64,000 nucleotides of DNA from Laetmonice hystrix (lineage: Eukaryota): the NCBI GenBank assembly GCA_965235115.1, contig OZ249445.1, positions 1,054,001 through 1,118,000 on the forward strand, written 5' to 3'. Shown here in pieces: positions 40,496 to 50,700 of the stretch; position 1 is the first letter of the stretch; each line of letters starts with the position of its first letter. The notes beneath the pieces were generated by a model that did no database searches, was not told the DNA's origin, and saw nothing but the letters and a program-made list of their open reading frames with translations. Both the position numbers and the translations under genes were made by a program.

Positions 40496-41750
40496 TCATT
40501 GGTCAGCCTTACCACTCAGATCTAGAATATCTTTATCGACGTCCTCACCGGAACCAGACCGTCCTGGTTCCGGTAATACGGTCAGCTCCTCTACCTTAAC
40601 TAGGGGATCTCGTATCTCATCACACTCGCCATCCCTAGCGCTGGAATCAGTCTTTGTGACTTCCTCTTGTGACGGTCGTAAAGGTTTCTCACAGCTCGGA
40701 CCGTTTGCCTTGATGTCCATGATGTCAGAGAGCGTTGATGTCACAGCGACGGTGTCGGTGTCGCCATTGACTGTCGGTGGGGACAGATGCCGGGGGTCGG
40801 ACAGTGTCCCGTTTGGTGGGGACAGATGCCGGGTGTCGGTCAGTGTCCCGTTTGGTGGGGACAGATGCCGTGGGTCGGCCAGTGTCCCGTTTGGTGGGGA
40901 CAGATGCCGGGGGTCGGCCAGTGTCCCGTTTGGTGGGGACAGATGCCGGGGGTCGGCCAGTGTCCCGTCTGGTGGGGACAGATGCCGGGGGTCGCCGTTT
41001 GGTGGGGACAGATGCCGGGGGTCGGCCAGTGTCCCGTTTGGTGGGGACAGATGCCGGGGGTCGCCGTTTGGTGGGGACAGATGCCGGGGGTCGCCGTTTG
41101 GTGGGGACAGATGCCGGGGGTCGGCCAGTGTCCCGTTTGGTGGGGACAGATGCCGGGGGTCGGCCGGTGTCCCGTTTGGTGGGGACAGATGCCGGGGGTC
41201 GGCCAGTGTCCCGTTTGGTGGGGACAGATGCCGGGGGTCGGCCAGTGTCCCGTTTGGTGGGGACAGATGCCGGGGGTCGGCCGGTGTCCCGTTTGGTGGG
41301 GACAGATGCCGGGGGTCGGCCAGTGTCCCGTTTGGTGGGGACAGATGCCGGGGGTCGGCCAGTGTCCCGTTTGGTGGGGACAGATGCCGGGGGTCGGCCG
41401 GTGTCCCGTTTGGTGGGGACCGATGCCGGGGGTCGGACAATGTCCTGTTTGACAGACACCGCTGTTCGACCAGTGTCCCTTTTGACGGAGAAGGACCCAT
41501 GATGACACTCGGTGAGCTGACTCTAAACTCACTCGGCGACACGTCACACTCGTGCCGATCCAAACAGCCATTATTCCCGTCAGGCGTCCATTGGGTAACC
41601 ATGACAACAGATGCCGAATTTTCAAACTCTTTACCGGACGTTGAGGTCACTCTGGGCGTGTCCTTGGGTAATGATATCCGGCGTTTGTGGGCGACTCCAG
41701 GCTTGGCACCTTTCTGACCCTTCCGAATACTCTCCGGGGGGTTGACGAAT
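40496..41750 (-). CDS. ETV6: ETS gene terminal coding exon (RF VNPPESIRKG...KADQ*) with 18 copies of DPRHLSPPNG(TLA)
   Basis: Acceptor ccaattgacAG, phase 2, supplies the conserved terminal RF of the ETS domain. It runs in frame into ORF 40496..41650 and its TGA stop. Confidence 0.8.
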
Positions 41751-44700
41751 CTGTCAATTGGAGGAACATATTAATTTTTTGTTAAAAAAATTAGTCAACT
41801 CTATTTGAGGCATGGCAGTAATTATTTGCCCTCCTCGTTATCTTGCTGCCTCGGTTGTTGCCGGAAGGGCGTCATAGTAACCAATACTGAAAGTGACCTT
41901 GTCATTGACCTTGTCATTGACCTTGTCATTGACCTTGTCATTGACCTTGTCATTGACCTTTTCATTGACCTTTTCATTGTGCCAGGTTGTTACTTTCCTC
42001 ACCTGTACGTCAGCCGGCGGGAGGGCACCTTGACAATGATTGTCATTGTGCCAGGTTGTTATTGTCCTCACCTGTACGTCAGCCGGCGGGAGGGCACCTT
42101 GACAATGATTGTCATTGTGCCCGGTTGTTATTTTCCTCACCTGTACGTCAGCCGGCGGGAGGGCACCTTGACAATGATTGTCATTGCGCCAGGTTGTTAT
42201 TGTCCTCACCTGTATGTCAGCCGGCGGGAGGGCACCTTGACAATGATGTTCATTCTGTAGTAGTAGCGCAGTGCCCGGGAAAGTTTCTCATATGTCATGT
42301 TGGCCCTGTTCTTCTGGCGGCCCCAGAGAGACGCTAGGCTGGCTGGGTTCACGATTCGGAAGATAAACTGGGACTCGTCCTCCCATCGTACGCACGAATC
42401 GTAGGCCGGATCCCGCAGTAACTGGTAGATAAACTCCCACAGCAGTTTAGGGTCGCCTGAAAACAATGTCAGGGTTGTCACAGGTAAACTCCTACAGCAG
42501 TTTAGGGTCGCCTGAAAACAATGTCAGGGTTGTCACAGGTGTAAACACAGGTGAACTCCCGCAGCAGTTTAGGGTCGCCTGAAAACAATGTCAGGGTTGT
42601 CACAGGTGAACTACCACAGCAGTTTAGGGTCGCCTGGAAACAATGTCAGGGTTGTCACAGGTGAACTACCACAGCAGTTTAGGGTCGCCTGAAAACAATG
42701 TCAGGGTTGTCACAGGTGAACTCCCACAGCAGTTTAGGGCCGCCTGAAAACAATGTCAGGGTTGTCACAGGTGAACTACCACAGCAGTTTAGGGTCGCCT
42801 GGAAACAATGTCAGGGTTGTCACAGGTGAACTACCACAGCAGTTTAGGGTCGCCTGAAAACAATGTCAGGGTTGTCACAGGTAAATGTTACGTTAACCGT
42901 GACCCTGTTTATGCTACGTTAACAGTACCCCTGTTTATGTTACGTTACCGTGACCCTGTTTATGTTACGTTAACCGTGACCCTGTTTATGTTACGTTACC
43001 GTGGCCCTGTTTATGTTAGTTAACCATAACCCTCTATGGTAGTGGTAAACCTAACCAGCTGTCGTCATTGTCATCAAGCTGGGAGGACAATACTCACCCG
43101 AGTTTCCATCAACATCGACCCCGTCAGCAGTGAAACAGTCTTCCAACCTCTCAGACGCTGCCTTCACAGGTACTGGGATCTGCATCGGCAGTGACCGCAC
43201 TAGGACGAGAAAGTACCCAAAATAAATAGGTTAAATTTTCATCTAACAGATAATATCACGAGCAATATTCTGGGGTGGGGTGAGAGATAACCTCGACCAC
43301 AGTTGTATTATTATAGATATGACAATGCCTACTTGTTCCTGGCGTTCCTTGGTTCAGTCTGTACGTCACCTCACCAGTAGGTGGCGTTGTAATGACGGTG
43401 GGGAGCAGCGAGTGAACGCCACTGTTGACGACATGGCTGTCGTCTGGTGCCGTGTACTTTCGATGTTCACACCCAGCGTCCCAGTCCTCGTCTGGGTCCT
43501 CGTCCTCGTCTCCCGATATGGACTCCATCAGCCGACCGTCGTACGCCGCGTCTCCGTGGGCTGAGGTTACCATAGCAACACCTGTCGAGTCGTGGCGGGG
43601 AGCCGTTACCATAGCAACCCCCGCCGAGTCGTGGCGGGGAGCCGTTAGCATAGCAACCCCCGCCGAGTCGTGGCGGGGAGCCGTTACCATAGCAACACCT
43701 GTCGAGTCGTGGCGGGGAGCCGTTACCATAGCAACACCCGTCGAGTCGTGGCGGGGAGCCGTTACCATAGCAACTCCCGTTGAGTCGTGGCGGGGAGCCG
43801 TTACCATAGCAACTCCCGTTGAGTGGTGGCGGGGAGCCGTTACCATGGTGACTCCTGACGAGTCGTCTCGGCTTGTGAGCCGAGTGATGTATCGGAAGCC
43901 CTCTGTCAGCGATCTGACTGCCTCCGGTGAGCTGCCAAGTTGATAGTCGCCACACGGTGCGATCGTAATGAACCCTGGAGATGACGGTACTGACAACGTG
44001 CCTGAAATTGCGGTGAGTTCGGCATATACAACTCAACCTCGACCAACTCTACTTTTCCACTGACTTTATTTAAATGGATATGTTATAGCTATATAAATTC
44101 AGCATTTTGTACTCACTCCTCTCCTCGTTGTAACTGTTGGCACGGTCCATCCTTGGTTGTTTAGAAGGGGCCTCAGCGTGATGGTAGCCAGTCGGTGAGG
44201 GTCGCCTCATGGGGACACACGGACCCGACCTGGGCGACCCCGGGGACCGATCCCGGCCCGGGGAACCCTGGGGTGAACGCGAGGTCCCTCGACGCATGTC
44301 CGGAGAGCAGGACGAGGTGGCGGACTGGGGCGATAATTGGGGAGACGACATTGAGTGAAAACGAGGCATGCGATGGCCGTCGTTAGTGACGTCATCGCGG
44401 TGAGGTGACATCTGCGGCGACCTGGACTGGGTGGTTCCGTCAGCTCGTCTGGCGAGATGAGGCGAGAGTTGGGGAGGAGAGGGCGTTCTCCCACCGGAAG
44501 TAGAGCTGGGCACGGCCAGGTGGATGGTGGAGGGCCGCGAGAGGTTGAGAGGAACACCCTGGGGTGTGATCTGGTCACTGCTCAACTCGTCATCCGTCTC
44601 GGTCATGGTCATACAAGCTGAAATCAGAAACCACACATAGTTCTACACATTCTCTAGTTCGAACGGACATATTGGAAAGTTAACGAACGGACATATTGGA

Positions 44701-47700
44701 AAGTTAACAAACGGACATATTGGAAAGATAACGAACGAACATATTGGAAAGTTAACAAACGGACATATTGGAAAGATAACGAACGAACATATTGGAAAGT
44801 TAACGAACGAACATATTGGAAAGTTAACGAACGGACATATTGGAAAGATAACGAACGAACATATTGGAAAGTTAACGAACGGACATATTGGAAAGTTAAC
44901 GAACAACCATATTGGAAAGTTAACGAACGGACATATTGGAAAGAAAGGACTAAGCGATGCAGTGGCCGGTAGGTAAACTGAAAAGCCGTGTTTATAAATA
45001 CGGACCGTCATGGGGACGTGGGCTGGTACGGTAGGGAGACGATGGCAGTGTCGACAATGGGGTCGCTCGTCTAGAGATGTCGTGAGGTGACCCCGGAGGT
45101 GTAGAGAATATGTGATTTAGGCCAAACAAAGTGCCATTTCTCAGATCAAGCGAGATCGCCGGCAGCCCATAGGTTCTGACACCTGGAAAATACATGAGGA
45201 TTATTCAGAGACCTCAAAAAATCAGGGGGGGAGAAAAAACAACCCTCAGCAGTCTGGATCAGGTCATAGCCGTTTTATATATTCATCATTTTTTGTCCAT
45301 GTGGACGTACCGTATGGTCCATGTGGACGTACCGTATGGTCCATGTGGACGTACCGTATGGTCCATGTGGACGTACCGTATGGTCCATGTGGACGTACCG
45401 TATGGTCCATGTGGACGTACCGTATGGTCCATGTGGACGTACCGTATTGTCCATGTGGACGTACCGTATGGTCCATGTGGACGTACCGTATGGTCCATGT
45501 GGACGTACCGTACGAGGGAAATGTCATGCGACCTTTCAGCTGTCTCCACTTCCCTCAACAAGGAAGTTCGTTGTGGCGCGCTGGTTATCACTGAAGAGTT
45601 GTTTGAGATCGATAAAAGATGGCTGGGTGGTCATTCGTATAGATATATACGACGGAGTACGTCACCGTTCACCGTAAATAACTTCTAAAAAGGTGAACTT
45701 TGTCTCATCAATATTGATTAATCGATTGGAAAAATCCACGGACAAGGAGCCGTATGCTTCTTGCTGCAGACTGTGTCGTCACGGCACGCAATCACCGCAT
45801 GCCTATAGTTATATATAAGTGTCGTCACGGCACGCAATCACCGTATGCCTATAGTTATATATAAGCGTCGTCACGGCACGCAATCACCGCATGCCTATAC
45901 AACATAGTTATATAAGTGTAGTGTATCGTCACCGCACGCAATCACCGTATGCCTATAGTTATATAAGTGTTGTGTATCGTCACGGCACGCAATCACCGTA
46001 TGCCTATAGTTATATAAGTGTTGTGTATCGTCACGGCACGCAATCACCGTATGCCTATAGTTATATAAGTGTTGTAACTGAGTGAGAATAAATAACCATC
46101 CTGTTCTCATAGTTTTTGTACAACCAGTTTACTGACAATGCTCCTTTTTTAAGATGTTTCCTTTGGGTACTCTGCGCAATATTTTAACGTTTTCACCGTC
46201 ATGTAGGAACGCCATAAAACCACCAACATAAATTATTTCAAAATTAAAGGACATAAAAACATAATGGCCCGCCCGAGTGCCGTCATTATCACCTAGCAAT
46301 CAAGCAGGAAGTACACAGAGTGATTGTGATCGCAGATTGGGGACGATTGAAGTCGGTATACGATACGATCACAGCGATGTGTTAGTCAAGACGGCGGCGG
46401 TATCAGGTACCAGTTTACGCTGGGCCTCTAGTTGTTAAAGAAATGATCAGGTCTGAGATGGAAACATCACTGACTGGGACACAATCTCAGATATATGGTC
46501 AGGGTTGCATGTCTATGGTTACCACCCGGCCAAAGCTGACAGGGGGAAGGGATGATAAACTGGCCCCGGTTTCAGAAAGGCTCTAAGCAGCAAGCTTCAA
46601 GCTAAGTAGGGCTACGGTGGCCCATGACGACACAGGCACTTTAACTTTCTACATTGATTTTAATGGAAATTTTCACGGCAGTGGAAATATCACAACAGTG
46701 AATATATGACCACCACGGTTAAATTATTATTACCGGGGCCGGGGCGCGAAACCGGGGCCTGGTCCACTGCCGATATGACGAATGGTTTCAGAAACCGGGG
46801 CCTGGTCCACTGCCGATATAACGAATGGTTTCAGAAACCGGGGCCTGGTCCACTGCCGATATAACGAATGGTTTCAGAAACCGGGGCCTGGTCCACTGCC
46901 GATATAATGAATGGTTTCAGAAACCGGGGCCTGGTCCACTGCCGACATAACGAATGTTTTCAGAAACCGGGGCCTGGTCCACTGCCGATATAACGAATGG
47001 TTTCAGAAACCGGGGCCTGGTCCACTGTCGATATAACGAATGGTTTCAGAAACCGGGGCCTGGTCCACTGCCGATGTCAGAAACCGGGGCCTGGTCCACT
47101 GCCGATATAACGAATGTTTTCAGAAACCGGGGCCTGGTCCACTGCCGATATAACGAATGTTTTCAGAAACCGGGGCCTGGTCCACTGCCGATGTAACGAA
47201 TGGTTTCAGAAACCGGGGCCTGGTCCACTGCCGATATAACGAATGGTTTCAGAAACCGGGGCCTGGTCCACTGCCGATATAACGAATGGTTTCAGAAACC
47301 GGGGCCTGGTCCACTATACGAACCACTACGACACGAAAAAGTTGTGTGAGCTACCACAATTTCTAACATGTTCAAAACTTCCGTAGCCTCGCACGAACCT
47401 GCGCGAACCGCTCGCCGAACTGCCAGTTCATGACAGTTCGGAATCATAATCGTCTAGGTGGGAGCGGGTGAAAGTTGCGCCTCGACGAAAAAGGGACGAC
47501 GACTTTTTTTGAGAACTATGTACCCACCTTGTGACGCTATGTACCCACCTTGTGACGCTATGTACCCACCTTGTGACGCTATGTACCCACCTTGTGACGC
47601 TATGTACCCACCTTGTGACGCTATACACGACTGCAGCGTGTTAAAGATGACGTCTCCCACGTTTGTGGCACGGTCGTTGAAGTCGTCCTTTGTGAGCATA

Positions 47701-50700
47701 CACAAGGCTTTGCCTGAAACAAGGCGCACCACGTCAGAATACACAAGGCTTTGCCTGAAACAAGGCGCACCACGTCAGAATACACAAGGCTTTGCCTAAA
47801 ACAAGGCGCACCACGTCAGAATACACAAGGCTTTGCCTGAAACAAGGCGCACCACGTCAGAATACACAAGGCTTTGCCTGAAACAAGGCGCACCACGTCA
47901 GAATACACAAGGCTTTGCCTGAAACAAGGCGCACCACGTCAGAATACACAAGGCTTTGCCTGAAACAAGGCGCATCACGTCAGAATACACAAGGCTTTGC
48001 CTGAAACAAGGCGCACCACGTCAGAATACACAAGGCTTTGCCTGAAACAAGGCGCACCACGTCAGAATACACAAGGCTTTGCCTGAAACAAGGCGCACCA
48101 CGTCAGAATACACAAGGCCTTGCCTGAAACAAGGCGCACCACGTCAGAATACACAGGGCCTTGCCTGAAACAAGGCGCACCACGTCAGAATACACAAGGC
48201 CTTGCCTGAAACAAGGCGCACCACGTCAGAATACACAAGGCTTTGCCTGAAACAAGGCGCACCACGTCAGAATACACAAGGCTTTGCCTGAAACAAGGCG
48301 CACCACGTCAGAATACACAAGGCCTTGGCTAAAACAAGCCGCACCACGTCAGAATACACAAGGCTTTGCCTGAAACAAGGCGCACCACGTCAGAATACAC
48401 AAGGCCTTGGCTAAAACAAGCCGCACCACGTCAGAATACACAAGGCTTCGCCTGAAACAAGGCGTACCACGTCAGAATACACAAGGCCTTGCCTGAAACA
48501 AGGCGCACCACGTCAGAATACACAAGGCCTTGTCTGTAACACGGCGCCCCACGTCAGAACGTGGGGGTAGAAATCCACAGGAGGACTGACCATTACAAAA
48601 TGTGGGGGTGGGAATCAACAGGACTGACCATTACAAAATGTGGGGGTGGGAATCAACAGGACTGACCATTACAAAATGTGGGGGTGGGAATCAATAGGAG
48701 GACTGACCATTATAAAATGTGGGGGTGGGAATCAACAGGACTGACCATTATAAAATGTGGGGGTGGGAATCAACAGGAGGACTGACTATTACGAAATGTG
48801 GGGGTGGGAATCAACAGGAGGACTGAGCATTACAAAATGTGGGGGTGGGAATCAACAGGAGGACTGAGCATTACAAAATGTGGGGGTGGGAATCAACAGG
48901 AGGACTGACCATTATAAAATGTGGGGGTGGGAATCAACAGGACTGACCATTATAAAATGTGGGGGTGGGAATCAACAGGACTGACCATTACAAAATGTGG
49001 GGGTGGGAATCAACAGGACTGACCATTATAAAATGTGGGGGTGGGAATCAACAGGACTGACCATTACAAAATGTGGGGGTGGGAATCAACAGGACTGACC
49101 ATTATAAAATGTGGGGGTGGGAATCAGCAGGAGGACTGACCATTACAAAATGTGGGGGTAGAAATCAGCAGGAGGACTAACCATTCATAGCGAACTTCTC
49201 CAGTTGGACTCCATCCAGAGCGTATTCCTCCACGCACCACGTGATCCAGTCACGTACGTCGTCACGTGACCATAGCTGCGGGTGGCAGCCTGAATGAACG
49301 ACGTCACCATAATATATATGACGTCACCATAATATATATGACGTCACTATAACTGTAATCAGTCTGACTCTCATTGTTGGCAGATCGTGTTTGCTATCAC
49401 CCTGACTTCTTTCATTTACAGGCGGGGAACCTACCGCCAAACCTCCCAAAAGTTGTTCATTTTGATGCGTAGTCAAGTTTATTGTGTTGGGATGCACTCC
49501 TTACCTAGAGCTGGGCATGATGTATTATCAAGTTTACTGTGTTGGGATGCACTCCTTACCTAGAGCTGGGCATGATGTATTATCAAGTTTACTGTGTTGG
49601 GATGCATTCCTTACCTAGAGCTGGGCATGGTGTATTATCAAGTTTACTGTGTTGGGATGCACTCCTTACCTATAGCTGGGCATGATGTATTATCAAGTTT
49701 ACTGTGTTGGGATGCACTCCTTACCTATAGCTGGGGATGATGTATTATCAAGTTTACTGTGTTGGGATGCACTCCTTACCTATAGCTGGGGATGATGTAT
49801 TATCAAGTTTACTGTGTTGGGATGCACTCCTTACCTAGAGCTGGGCATGATGTATTATCAAGTTTACTGTGTTGGGATGCACTCCTTACCTAGAGCTGGA
49901 CATGATGTATTATCAAGTTTACTGTGTTAGGATGCATTCCTTACCTAGAGCTGGGCATGGTGTATTATCAAGTTTACTGTGTTGGGATGCGCTCCTTACC
50001 TATAGCTGGGCATGATGTATTATCAAGTTTACTGTGTTGGGATGCACTCCTTAACTAGAGCTGGGCATGGTGTATTATCAAGTTTACTGTGTTGGGATGC
50101 ACTCCTTACCTAGAGCTGGACATGATGTATTATCAAGTTTACTGTGTTAGGATGCACTCCTTACCTAGAGCTGGGCATGATGTATTATCAAGTTTACTGT
50201 GTTGGGATGCACTCCTTACCTAGAGCTGGGCATGATGTATTATCAAGTTTACTGTGTTGGGATGCACTCCTTACCTATAGCTGGGCATGATGTATTATCA
50301 AGTTTACTGTGTTGGGATGCACTCCTTACCTAGAGCTGGACATGGTGTATTATCAAGTTTACTGTGTTGGGATGCATTCCTTACCTATAGCTGGGCATGA
50401 TGTATTATCAAGTTTACTGTGTTGGGATGCACTCCTTACCTATAGCTGGGCATGATGTATTATCAAGTTTACTGTGTTGGGATGCACTCCTTACCTATAG
50501 TTGGACATGATGTATTATCAAGTTTACTGTGTTGGGATGCACTCCTTACCTATAGCTGGGCATGATGTATTATCAAGTTTACTGTGTTGGGATGCACTCC
50601 TTACCTATAGCTGGGCATGATGTATTATCAAGTTTACTGTGTTGGGATGCACTCCTTACCTATAGCTGGGCATGATGTATTATCAAGTTTACTGTGTTGG

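Noticed and set aside
40656-41717. Plus-strand and alternative-frame ORFs over the ETS terminal exon, and similar ones over 43280-44036
   Set aside because: These are shadows of the GC-rich coding repeats. Only the minus frame joins in phase to the ETS domain.
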